A stretch of 64,000 nt of DNA from Polyangiaceae bacterium (GTDB lineage: Bacteria; Myxococcota_A; Polyangia; Polyangiales; Polyangiaceae): assembly GCA_965222375.1 (NCBI GenBank), contig CBDCTZ010000016.1, positions 1,600,001 to 1,664,000 on the forward strand. Reading direction: 5' to 3'. A program made the position numbers and the translations under genes. Below, piece after piece: positions 1-9,086 of this stretch. Positions within the stretch are counted from its first letter, which is position 1; each line of letters opens with the position of its first letter. The notes under the pieces are model-generated. The model did not search any database. It was not told where the DNA came from and was given only the letters and a program-made list of their open reading frames with translations.

Positions 1-300
1 TTGCTACGGTCGAGTCCGGAGGGGTGGCCTTCTTGCGTGACGCGCCAGCCTGCTTCGGTTTTCTCTTCCGGGCGCGTCTTTTCACGAGTCGGTCGCAGCG
101 TTTGGCGGCCATGACGGCAGTTTGCACGCGGTCTTGGGCTTCGGCCAAGGCTCTCCGCGCAGTAGCCACCAGCGAAGCCGGCGAAGACCTGGGCGCGACC
201 GAGCACGGGCATGGAAAGCTCCCGCCGCTGGCGTAGAACCGCTACCATCGTTGGCGCTGCGAGGGAGGGCCACTCCAGTGCAGTTCGAGAAGGAGGCTGC

Positions 301-1638
301 GTGAGCAAGCAGGAAAAATCGGGAGTCGAACTACAGCCAGTGTGCGTGATCGAACAGATCCCGGTTCGCTACGAACACGCGGTGCCCGAAAAGGAGATCC
401 GCAAGGCGTCGATCCCCACGCCCGTCAACCTCGCGATTCACCCGGAGCTCGGTCGCGGCGGAATGGGTCGCATCCACCCGGCCATGGACCGCAACCTGCT
501 CCGCCCGGTGGCCTTGAAGTACTTGGATGCGGAACTGTCGAAGGTTCCGATGTATCTCGATGGTTTCGTGGCGGAAGCCCAGATCACCGGACAGTTGGAG
601 CACCCGAACATCGTACCGGTTCATGAGCTGGCGATTACCCCCTTGGGCGTGCCCTACTTCAGCATGAAGCTGGTGCAAGGGGTGACCTTGTACGAATGGC
701 TACGGGACCCAGCACAGCCTCGAGGTTCGACCAAACGCCTCCAAGATGGTCTGGAGATCTTCCTCAAGGTCTGCGATGCCGTGGCCTATGCTCACTATCG
801 CGGCGTGATCCATCGAGATCTGAAGCCCGACAACATCATGATCGCCGACTTCGGCCAGGTGTACCTGATGGACTTCGGGTTGGCTCGGCTGAGCAAGACT
901 CGGCCAGCGTCCGGAGAAGACTCTCAGATGGAGGCGCCGGGACCAGTCGGCACGCCAATGTACATGGCGCCGGAGCAGGCTCGGGGCAATCCCGTGGAGA
1001 TGGACGAGCGTTCGGACGTATTCGGACTAGGTGCGCTGTTGTACGAGATCGTCAGTGGCCGAACTCCCTATGGCTTCCACAAGACGGCCAAGTCGATCTT
1101 GAAAGCCGCAACCAAGGGGAAGGTCGTGCCCTTGGCGGAAGCCACCGAGGGCGTTGATGTGTCGAAGCGCCTCAGTGCCATCGTGGACCGCGCCGTCGCT
1201 CCGGATCCAGAGGATCGCTTTCAGTCGGTGCTGGAGTTGCAGGCGGACGTTCGGCGCTTCTTGCGCGGCGGCCTGTACTTGCCGAGCGAGGTCTTCGCTC
1301 CAGGGACGTTGATCATGCGAGAGGGCGACCGGGGCGACACGGCGTACATGATCGTCAGTGGGCACTGTCGCGTCTTTCGCAAGCTGGACGATGGCGAGGA
1401 GACCTTGGGCACCATGGAAGCCGGAGACGTATTTGGCGAAATGGCGCTGCTCCTGGATGAACCCCGTGCCGCGAGTGTCGAAGCGGTGGATCAAGTCTCC
1501 GCCCTGGTGCTGGACAAGCGCACCATGAGCGAGGGCCTTGGCATCGAGGGCTGGAGCTCGAAGCTCGTGCGGGCCCTGGCCGAACGCTTCCGCAATCTGG
1601 AACAACAGATGCGGGACTCTGGCCATCGTCGTGGCTAG
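301..1638 (+). CDS. Ser/Thr protein kinase with C-terminal cyclic-nucleotide-binding (cNMP) domain
   Basis: GRGGMG, VALK, HRDLKPDN, DFG and APE kinase motifs. C-terminal EGDRGD..GDVFGEMALL..PRAASV cNMP signature. GTG start chosen after GGAGG. Confidence 0.93.
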   Translation: MSKQEKSGVELQPVCVIEQIPVRYEHAVPEKEIRKASIPTPVNLAIHPELGRGGMGRIHPAMDRNLLRPVALKYLDAELSKVPMYLDGFVAEAQITGQLEHPNIVPVHELAITPLGVPYFSMKLVQGVTLYEWLRDPAQPRGSTKRLQDGLEIFLKVCDAVAYAHYRGVIHRDLKPDNIMIADFGQVYLMDFGLARLSKTRPASGEDSQMEAPGPVGTPMYMAPEQARGNPVEMDERSDVFGLGALLYEIVSGRTPYGFHKTAKSILKAATKGKVVPLAEATEGVDVSKRLSAIVDRAVAPDPEDRFQSVLELQADVRRFLRGGLYLPSEVFAPGTLIMREGDRGDTAYMIVSGHCRVFRKLDDGEETLGTMEAGDVFGEMALLLDEPRAASVEAVDQVSALVLDKRTMSEGLGIEGWSSKLVRALAERFRNLEQQMRDSGHRRG

Positions 1639-1806
1639 CGCGATTCGTGGCTAGCGCGATTCGTGGCCAGCGGCGTCCGCGTGGCTAGCGCGGCCCGTGG
1701 CTAGCGCGATTCGTGGCTAGCGGCGTCCGCGTGGCTAGCGCGGCTCGTGGCTAGCGCGATTCGTGGCTAGCGGCGTCCGCGTGGCTAGCGCGGCTCGTGG
1801 CTAGCG
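1630..1806. repeat. Intergenic tandem repeat: 11 copies of an 11-bp core CGTGGCTAGCG with 5-7 bp linkers and a 50-bp higher-order period
   Basis: Cores read directly at 1630, 1646, 1662 (CCAG variant), 1680, 1696, 1712, 1730, 1746, 1762, 1780 and 1796. Linkers cycle CGATT / GCGTCCG / CGGCY. Confidence 0.95.
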
Positions 1807-2652
1807 CCGTTTCGGGAGCTTGAGGCGGCCCTTGCCGCTGCGCCCGCCCGTGCCTGACGGTGGCGGCGGCTGCGGCGGCGGGGGAGGGGGCAACGTATTC
1901 GTCGTGGTCGGTGGCGGCGGCGGTGGGGGTGGGAGTGGTTTGGGCTTTGGCTTGGGTGTGATCACCGGGCGCGGCTTGGGAGTTGGGCTCACTGCCACCG
2001 GAGTTTCCATAGGTTCGCTTGGGGGAACCGTTGGCGTGGTGGGCTCTTCGGGCGCTTCGGACTTCACTTCCGTCGTGCCGCCGACGCCAGTTGCTGCCGG
2101 CGAGATGTCGATGGTCTGAGGTCCTGTGTCGTCGTCGTCCTTGGATTGCACGACGAAGACGATGGCGATCAGGCCGCCCAAGATGGCCAACAGTCCGATC
2201 AGACCACCAACCAAGAGGCCCGTGTTGCCGCCGCTTCGCCGCTGCGGCGGCGGTGGAGCCATGATGGGTGCGAGTTGCATCGGTGGCGCGGCGTGGGGCG
2301 CCATGGGTGCGGGCGGCGCGTAGGCCGGCGCCGGTTGCTGCGCCGGACCTTGGGGCGGTCCGCCGAGTTGGGTTTCGCCGCCCGGGGGTGGAAACGCACC
2401 GGGCCCTCCCACGAACAAGGGCGGCTCGCCGGGTTGGGTCTTTCCGGGTTTGGACCATTGGCCCTCTGCTGGGGCAGGTTCCGGATCCGTGACGCCGTCC
2501 ACGACGGTGCCTTTGGGCTCCGGATCCGTCACGCCGTCTACGACCGTGCCCGAGGGCGCAACCTTCGGCTCCGCATCACCCTTGGGTGCGGCCACCATGG
2601 CTTCCGTCGGCCGGCCGCCGCCAGAACCCTCGGGTTTGTTGCCATCACTCAT
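1801..2652 (-). CDS. Pro-rich single-pass membrane protein
   Basis: 283-aa ORF with one hydrophobic segment (LLVGGLIGLLAILGGLIAIVFVV), Pro/Thr-rich flanks and a duplicated GTVVDGVTDPEP. Confidence 0.8.
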   Translation of the reverse strand: MSDGNKPEGSGGGRPTEAMVAAPKGDAEPKVAPSGTVVDGVTDPEPKGTVVDGVTDPEPAPAEGQWSKPGKTQPGEPPLFVGGPGAFPPPGGETQLGGPPQGPAQQPAPAYAPPAPMAPHAAPPMQLAPIMAPPPPQRRSGGNTGLLVGGLIGLLAILGGLIAIVFVVQSKDDDDTGPQTIDISPAATGVGGTTEVKSEAPEEPTTPTVPPSEPMETPVAVSPTPKPRPVITPKPKPKPLPPPPPPPPTTTNTLPPPPPPQPPPPSGTGGRSGKGRLKLPKRR

Positions 2653-2746
2653 GCCTGCACCTTCGGCTCTAGTAGCTAACTATGGCTCAACACGCCAGTT
2701 CGCGAAAGATCTTACAGCTTTTCGACGGCTCAGCTGCGGCTGCCAT

Positions 2747-3490
2747 TCAGCGCTTCGCGGGATCCACTGCGCTCAGTACCGCGACCTGAATCCCCAGGCG
2801 GCGTTCCGGCGAGATCGGCGCGCCGCTCAATTCGACGATGCTGAAGCGGTCTCGCACGCGTCCACCGTTCGTCTTCACCTCTGACTGCTCGATCTGAACC
2901 CGCTGGCGGAACAGCGCACGCGCCAAAGCCAACAGCAGACCGGACCGGTCATCGGTCTCCACTTCCAGAACGCTCAAGCTGCCGTCTTCTTCTCCGAGAA
3001 ACCGCACCGTCGTTTCGATGGGGCCCGCCGCCGGAGCGACCTCCGGCGGTCGCGCAGTTTCCTCGTCAACGCGCCCCTCCAACAAGCCGATCAGTACGGA
3101 GTTGACCTCTGCAATGTCGGGTGGGGTCAACGGCTCGCCATGACGCTCCTGACCCGCCCGCCGAACCCAAAATAGATCGACCGCTTCGGCCCGCCCGCCG
3201 CTCGTGCGACGTGTGTGCGCCTCCGCGTCCATGACGTCGACACCGGCGATGACCAGAGCGGCGCTGATGATCGCCAGAAGACCGGGTCGGTCTTCTGCCA
3301 CGATGCATAGAGTGCTGGGCGCGCCACGGCTCGGCGCGAGCAGTCCGGCGTGCGCAATGGCGTCGCCACGCTCGAGGGCGACGCGTGCATGGGCTTCGGA
3401 GGCCGCCTCGTCGTGCCTTTCGCGATAGCGCTGGGGCATGCTTTCGCGGAATTCGCGGGTCCAGGAAGGACTGGGCTTTGTCGAGCTCAC
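2747..3490 (-). CDS. Stand-alone tandem ACT-domain protein resembling the GlnD C-terminus
   Basis: F..SMP.RY, DRPGLLAIISAAL..DAEAHT and DRSGLLLALARAL..RVRDRF match GlnD ACT1/ACT2. No nucleotidyltransferase or HD domain. GTG start estimated. Confidence 0.8.
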   Translation of the reverse strand: MSSTKPSPSWTREFRESMPQRYRERHDEAASEAHARVALERGDAIAHAGLLAPSRGAPSTLCIVAEDRPGLLAIISAALVIAGVDVMDAEAHTRRTSGGRAEAVDLFWVRRAGQERHGEPLTPPDIAEVNSVLIGLLEGRVDEETARPPEVAPAAGPIETTVRFLGEEDGSLSVLEVETDDRSGLLLALARALFRQRVQIEQSEVKTNGGRVRDRFSIVELSGAPISPERRLGIQVAVLSAVDPAKR

Positions 3491-3563
3491 GTCGGGCGTC
3501 GTAGCGCAAATCCGATTGCAGGAGTGTTTCCGGCTTCTGTACCGCTCGAGGGGCGAGTGTCCC

Positions 3564-5228
3564 CTAGGGCTTGGGAGGGGGCGGTGGCCAGGTTGGAAAC
3601 GTTGGAATCGTCGTAGGAATCGTCGGTAGTGGGGGCAGCCCACTGGGCAGCGGGAAGGTCGGAAACGGCGCGACACCGCCGGCGTCCGCTGTTCCGCCGT
3701 CCGCCTTGCCGGCATCCCGCTTGGGAATGGGACGGATTGGACCGCCACCGGGTTTTGGCGTGGTCACCGTCGGCGTCGGCCCAGGCGCAGGGAAGGGTGG
3801 TGGGGGTGTCGTCGCGGTGGGTGAGCCGCCTTGGGGCGCGATCGTCGTGGTCGGGGTGGGATCACCCAGCGGATTCACGGGCGTTGGATCCTCCTTCTTG
3901 TCTCGCAACACCACGACGAGGGCAATCACGCCGCCTGTGACCAACAAGCCGAGCAGGAGCGCCACGAGTGCCCCGACGCCACCGCCGCCCTTCTTGCGAC
4001 CAGGTGGTGGGCCGAAGCCGCCCGGAGGCCCGGCCGGTCCGCCTGCCATCCCCGCAGCAGGCGGTGTGACCGCCACGGGCGGGTGTGCTTGGGCGGTGCG
4101 ATGGTCCGGAACGGCCTGACGCTCCGCAGTCTGCCGCGAGAGCTCGGCGATCAGCTCCTTCGACGCTTCCTGGGTCGATCCGTGAGGCGCTTCGCCTTGC
4201 ACGGGCTCCGTGTCCGCGTCCTCTGGCGGTAGCGTTTTCGCTACCGTGGCTGGCCGGTTCGGCTCTTTGGGCGCAAGGGGTGGAAGCTCCTCTGTCTTCG
4301 TCTGCTTCGGCGGAGGCGGCGCCGAAGAGACGGCCGCGGGTGGTGGGGTTGCGGCGAGCTTGCCTGCCTGAGACAGCTCCCCTGCGAGGTTCGCCAACGC
4401 GAGTCGCATCTCCGATGCGCTGGCGAAGCGCTTTTCTTTTTCTGGCGCCATGCCGCGGTGCACCAGCTCCGATATCGGCCCCTTGAGAGAAGCGTCGTGT
4501 TCAGTCAGGCGGCGGATCTTGCCCTGGGCCACCTGGCCGACGATCGCCGCCGCGTCGTCACCATAGGCCGGCCGCTCACCCGTCAACATCTCGTATAGGA
4601 GCACGCCGATGGAATACAGATCCGCGCGGTGATCCACCTTGTCAGCGGAGTACAACTGCTCCGGCGCCATGTACTCGGGCGTGCCCATGATGGCGCCGGG
4701 CCGCGTGAGCCCCTTCTTGTACTCGTTGGTGTCGTAGAGCTTGGCTATGCCGAAGTCCAAGAGCTTCAGCACGGGGCCACCCGTGCTGGGCGTGATGAAG
4801 ACGTTGTCGGGCTTAAGATCCCGATGCACGACTCCTAGAGCGTGCGCTGCCTCCAGCCCGGCCAGAATTTGCAGGGCGAAGTCGATGGCCTGATCTCGCG
4901 CCAGCTTGCTACGCCGGTCCAGCATGTCCTGCAGAGACTCGCCGGAGAGCAGCTCCATCACGATGAACGGTGCGCCATCCGGCGTCTGATCGACATCCGT
5001 GACCCGCGTGACGTGGGGGCTCTGAATTCGCGCCGACACCCGCGCTTCTTGGAGGAATCTCGATGAAAGCCCGGGACGTCGAGCTAGCTCCGAGTGCAAG
5101 AACTTGAGGGCCACGTTCGTGCCCAGCATTTCGTGGTGCGCTTCGTAGACCGAGCCCATGCCGCCATCGCCGATGAGGCGGATGACGCGGTACTTGCCTC
5201 CGATGACGTCGCCGGATTGGGGTCGCAT
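3564..5228 (-). CDS. Membrane-anchored Ser/Thr protein kinase
   Basis: IGDGGMG, VALK, HRDLKPDN, DFG and GTPEYMAPE motifs, then a TM helix and a Pro-rich C-terminus. Confidence 0.95.
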   Translation of the reverse strand: MRPQSGDVIGGKYRVIRLIGDGGMGSVYEAHHEMLGTNVALKFLHSELARRPGLSSRFLQEARVSARIQSPHVTRVTDVDQTPDGAPFIVMELLSGESLQDMLDRRSKLARDQAIDFALQILAGLEAAHALGVVHRDLKPDNVFITPSTGGPVLKLLDFGIAKLYDTNEYKKGLTRPGAIMGTPEYMAPEQLYSADKVDHRADLYSIGVLLYEMLTGERPAYGDDAAAIVGQVAQGKIRRLTEHDASLKGPISELVHRGMAPEKEKRFASASEMRLALANLAGELSQAGKLAATPPPAAVSSAPPPPKQTKTEELPPLAPKEPNRPATVAKTLPPEDADTEPVQGEAPHGSTQEASKELIAELSRQTAERQAVPDHRTAQAHPPVAVTPPAAGMAGGPAGPPGGFGPPPGRKKGGGGVGALVALLLGLLVTGGVIALVVVLRDKKEDPTPVNPLGDPTPTTTIAPQGGSPTATTPPPPFPAPGPTPTVTTPKPGGGPIRPIPKRDAGKADGGTADAGGVAPFPTFPLPSGLPPLPTIPTTIPTFPTWPPPPPKP

Positions 5229-5296
5229 GGTCTTTGGTGAAACGGGCCGGGGGCGCCATCCTGACAGGGAAGCCGGGTCTGGCACAGTATTGGACG

Positions 5297-5336
5297 CATA
5301 ACTATATGAAACTAATCATAAATTCTATGAAAGTTC
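5297..5336. promoter_or_regulatory. AT-rich tandem CATA-N4/5-TATGAAA boxes upstream of the kinase; possible operator
   Basis: CATAACTATATGAAA-CTAAT-CATAAATTCTATGAAA within an otherwise GC-rich background. Confidence 0.45.
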
Positions 5337-5367
5337 AGGCGCTGTCGTGGGCTTTGGGAGGGCTATC

Positions 5368-5829
5368 TCACTTCGGATCGCACCAGCATTGGGCGAGGCC
5401 ACTAGGGGAACTCTGGCCATTGCGGGTCTTGCCGCAGACACCCGAGTAGGTCTCGCCGATGTCCTCGCATTGGAAAGTGCAATCCATTTGCGCCAGGCGC
5501 CCCACGGAACAGGTCATGATTCGGATGCCGTTACACGCCACGCCATCCGGCGAGCACCTCGGGTAGCACGCGGGCACCCAGCTGGCCGAACTGGTCGGGC
5601 CTTGTTCCAGCTCCGTGCAACTCGCGCTTTGGATGGCCTCGGCGCATGCCTCGGGGAAGTGTGATGCCAGGCAGCGGTCCACGCAGGCTGTGCCACCGTC
5701 GAGGTTCGGGCAGGCGCCAGTATGATCGCAGATCGCTTCGCAGGCCTTTTGTTCAGCCTCTGGATCCGGCAACTGGACGCACGCGCCGAGCACTACCAGC
5801 ACGATGGAGACGGAAAGCGCGCGTCGCAT
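5368..5829 (-). CDS. Cys-rich lipoprotein
   Basis: MRRALSVSIVLVVLGA-C lipobox and many Cys residues. Confidence 0.75.
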   Translation of the reverse strand: MRRALSVSIVLVVLGACVQLPDPEAEQKACEAICDHTGACPNLDGGTACVDRCLASHFPEACAEAIQSASCTELEQGPTSSASWVPACYPRCSPDGVACNGIRIMTCSVGRLAQMDCTFQCEDIGETYSGVCGKTRNGQSSPSGLAQCWCDPK

Positions 5830-5985
5830 CCCGAGAGGCTTAGCACGAACCCAAACAGACGAAACCCTTGCACGGCGTGCGGCAAAAACGGCGGCACAGT
5901 GCAGCTTCTGCGCCTGAAATTCTGTCCCAGTCCGGCGATCTAGCCCGTTGCGGTATGGACCAGCCCGTGCTTTCACCGGAGCGAC

Positions 5986-6831
5986 GTGCCGGTACCTCGC
6001 AGTCTGAAACAACTCGTGATGCGCGCCATGATGCGGCGCGAGGACTACCTGCGAATCACCCGCGCTGAGTTTGGGGATGCGGGCCACGGCTACGATCCGT
6101 TGGGCTTGTCTGCGGAGGACTTCGCCTTTGCCGTGGCGTTAGCCTTCCCTTGGTATGAACGCTACTTTCGTGTGCGCTCCAAAGGCGCGGAGAACATCCC
6201 GGCCCACGGGCCCGTGATCGTGGCGGCGAACCACAGCGGGATGCTGCCCATCGATGGGGTGATGCTCGCAGTGGACATTGCGCGACGCACTCGTCCAGCG
6301 CGCATTCCGCGCACGGTCGGTGACGTGTTCATTCCCTTCATGCCATGGGTGGGCGCTGCCTTTGCGCGGGCCGGGGTGGTCAGCGGCAGCCGCGGCAACT
6401 TCCGCCATCTCTTGGAAAACGGCGAACTGTTGGTGGTGTTTCCCGAAGGTACGCCCGGCATCAGCAAGGGCTACGACAAGCGCTACCAGTTGCAGGAGTT
6501 TCGGGTGGGGCATTGCGAGCTTGCCTTACGTCATCGCGCACCGGTCGTGCCCACGGCGGTCATCGGCGCCGAAGAAGCTTGGCCCCAGGTCGCGCTGATT
6601 CGGCAGATGGGCATGTTTGGAGCTCCGTTCTTGCCGGTGCCCATGACGCCGTTGCCGCTGCCCGCACGTTTTCATCTCCGCTACGGAGAGCCCATCCACC
6701 TGCACGAGCACTTCGTCGGCGAAAGCCCGGACGACCCGAAGATCGTCGCTCAGGCCGCAGTTCTCGTACGTGACGCCGTGGAACTCTTGATCCAGGAAGG
6801 ACTGGCTGCGCGAGATGGGGTCTTCACATGA
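5986..6831 (+). CDS. Lysophospholipid/glycerol acyltransferase (PlsC-like)
   Basis: NHSGMLPIDG (H..D) and FPEG motifs. Confidence 0.9.
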   Translation: MPVPRSLKQLVMRAMMRREDYLRITRAEFGDAGHGYDPLGLSAEDFAFAVALAFPWYERYFRVRSKGAENIPAHGPVIVAANHSGMLPIDGVMLAVDIARRTRPARIPRTVGDVFIPFMPWVGAAFARAGVVSGSRGNFRHLLENGELLVVFPEGTPGISKGYDKRYQLQEFRVGHCELALRHRAPVVPTAVIGAEEAWPQVALIRQMGMFGAPFLPVPMTPLPLPARFHLRYGEPIHLHEHFVGESPDDPKIVAQAAVLVRDAVELLIQEGLAARDGVFT

Positions 6832-7826
6832 CGGGGGTTCTCGTTACCGGTGCCACCACCCCTCTGGGGCGTGCTCTCACTCGAGCGCTCCTGGCGCGCC
6901 CTGGAAACGGAGCCGTCCTCGCGGTTGGCGTGGAGCCGCACATCAACTTGCCGTCGACCCAGTCCGATCCCAGGTTCCACTACGAGCGAGCCGACCTCCG
7001 GCGCAGCCGAAACATCCGTCGATTGATGTTTGGTCCCGCCAAGGATCTGGAACTCGAAGTCGTGGTGCATGGGGCACATCACCGAAGTGCTCGAGATAGC
7101 GGCGCCGGGGTGCACGCACTCAACGTCGAGAGCACTCGGGAAATACTTTCACTCGCCGAACGCCATCCAACGATTCGCCGCTTCGTTTTCTTGAGCCACT
7201 CTGACGTGTACTCGGTGGACCCGAAGCGCTCTGTGCTAATCACAGAAGATCACCCGATGGATCTGACCAGGGACGCGCCGCAGCGTGTTCGTGATCGAGT
7301 GGAAGCGGACCTTTCGGTCGTCACTCGCATGGGCCTGTCGAAGGTCATCATTTCCGTGCTGCGCCTCGCGGAGATCCCCGTCGCGGACATGGGCAGTCAG
7401 CTGTTCGACTACCTGCGGTCTCGCATCTGCCTGCGCCCCTTGGGCTTCGACCCGATGCTCAATCTGCTGACTCTCAGCGATGCTGTCGACGCCATCACAC
7501 GCGCGGTGGGCAGCGATGCGCGAGGTGTCATGAACATCCCAGGTGCTGACACCATGCCCCTGTCCCGAGTCATTGCCCTCGCCCGGCGGCAGAACGTGGG
7601 TGTACCAGGTCCCCTACTGGCACCTCTTTATGGAGCTCGCGCGTCCACTCGCGGGCTCGAGTTTCGCTACGACATGAACCACCGTAGGTTCCACTTTTCA
7701 GCGATCCTCGACGGGACCCGCGCGAAAGAGGCGTTGGGCTTCGAAGCGCTTCACCCAGTCGATTGGCCGGCTCTCGCCAGTGCCGTGCGAATCCCCGGGC
7801 CCAGCCTACACCGTCGCGCCGAGTAG
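6828..7826 (+). CDS. NAD-dependent epimerase/dehydratase (atypical extended SDR)
   Basis: N-terminal VLVTGATTPLG Rossmann motif. ATGA overlap with the acyltransferase gene. Confidence 0.8.
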   Translation: MTGVLVTGATTPLGRALTRALLARPGNGAVLAVGVEPHINLPSTQSDPRFHYERADLRRSRNIRRLMFGPAKDLELEVVVHGAHHRSARDSGAGVHALNVESTREILSLAERHPTIRRFVFLSHSDVYSVDPKRSVLITEDHPMDLTRDAPQRVRDRVEADLSVVTRMGLSKVIISVLRLAEIPVADMGSQLFDYLRSRICLRPLGFDPMLNLLTLSDAVDAITRAVGSDARGVMNIPGADTMPLSRVIALARRQNVGVPGPLLAPLYGARASTRGLEFRYDMNHRRFHFSAILDGTRAKEALGFEALHPVDWPALASAVRIPGPSLHRRAE

Positions 7827-8741
7827 TACGGCTGCGGCCCAGGCGCTCAGGGCTGCAGATACGGGCACGGTGAAGTTGTCGTCCAAGCGGTGGGAAAACA
7901 GCTCAACCAGAGCGCCGACGCCAGCGGCCGCGACAGATATCCCGAGCCGGGCACCCAGACTCACGTCGGCGTGCCAAATCCCGAGAACCGCAAAGCTGGC
8001 CAGGGCTCCCACCAGGAAGAACGTGACGGTGCCCTCCAAAGTGCGTCCGTGCACCAGACTGATCCGGCCGTAGTGGCGTCCCACCAATCCGGCTGCGGGA
8101 TCCGCTAGCGCCAGAACTGCGACAGCGACAGCGCAGATCATGGGCAGCTGAATGAACGAAATCAGGAGCAGCGCGGTGCCATACCAGGTCGAAGAGTTGA
8201 CGCGGTGCCGCTCGTGAGGGTGAGCCACATGGCGGAAGAACCACATCAACCCGTCGTTCGCCTTGGAACTGAAGCGCCGCAGGATCTCCAAGAACCAAAA
8301 TGTCCCTGCAAAGATCGCGGGAGCGACGATGAGTCCCCACAGCGGCAAGATCTCTTCGATCAAGATCAGCACGGTGGCGCCACAGGCTACGTGGAACGCC
8401 GAGCGGCGCAGGTTCCTGGGACGCAAACTGGGTACTGGTTCCGCCTCCGCTCGTAGCGCTGCCGCCAGAGCTTCGTAGGTTGGAACCATCCGCGCGCGGA
8501 AAGCTTGCCAAGCCTCTCGACCTCCGTCCGCGTCGGGCAGGCTCTCTCGAATGCCTTGGACCACGTCCAGCCAGCGCTCACTCAACGTCGGCACTGCACT
8601 CGGTTGGCTGCCGATGACGCTAGCATGCTCTTGAATCGTCTCGAGCCGGGTGCGGGCCTCGGCGGAAACCGTCTGCCACCCACGCTTGTCCAACCCGCGG
8701 AGCAGGTCGTAGAGCTCCAGTGCGAGTGCGCGTCCGTCCAT
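7806..8741 (-). CDS. CTP-dependent diacylglycerol/polyprenol/phytol kinase family membrane protein (DGK1/VTE5/SEC59-like)
   Basis: RRSAFH, DPAAGLVG..YG, RTLEG and DDNFTVP motifs with multiple TM helices. Confidence 0.82.
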   Translation of the reverse strand: MDGRALALELYDLLRGLDKRGWQTVSAEARTRLETIQEHASVIGSQPSAVPTLSERWLDVVQGIRESLPDADGGREAWQAFRARMVPTYEALAAALRAEAEPVPSLRPRNLRRSAFHVACGATVLILIEEILPLWGLIVAPAIFAGTFWFLEILRRFSSKANDGLMWFFRHVAHPHERHRVNSSTWYGTALLLISFIQLPMICAVAVAVLALADPAAGLVGRHYGRISLVHGRTLEGTVTFFLVGALASFAVLGIWHADVSLGARLGISVAAAGVGALVELFSHRLDDNFTVPVSAALSAWAAAVLLGATV

Positions 8742-9086
8742 TGCTAGTGAGGTGGCCACGTTTAGGCGGCTAACTCGAACCTGCGCCTCCAGCAACAAAA
8801 CTGCCCGTCATGATTGCGTCAGGCTTGGGGCCGCCAGTGATCTGGCGCTTTTCCCCGGTTTTTTTCGGCAGACCTCGGGGCGCATAGGATACGAGTTTCA
8901 ACCACAGTGCACTCACGGCTGAAGCCGCGAGGGTAACTGTTGGTGTCGCTCCAGCTTTGGCGCTCGGGACGGGGAAGTTTTGGACGGCACCCCTGGTATC
9001 AGGGCGGCGGGGGCGTCCGCTTCTTTTTGCGTGCGCCCGAGTCTTCCCGGCGAGCTTGGTTCTCGCCCACAAGGAGTGAGCGACAA

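Noticed and set aside
1..212. Possible 5' part of a minus-strand gene (..ARRALAEAQDRVQTAVMAAKR..) running off the window
   Set aside because: Too short, with no clear start and no recognisable motif.
1630..1806. CRISPR array
   Set aside because: The repeat is only 11 bp, the linkers are 5-7 bp and recurrent rather than unique, and there are no cas genes.
5290..5320. dif/Xer site (TGGACGCATAA resembles a XerC arm)
   Set aside because: No XerD-like TTATGT arm at 6-bp spacing.
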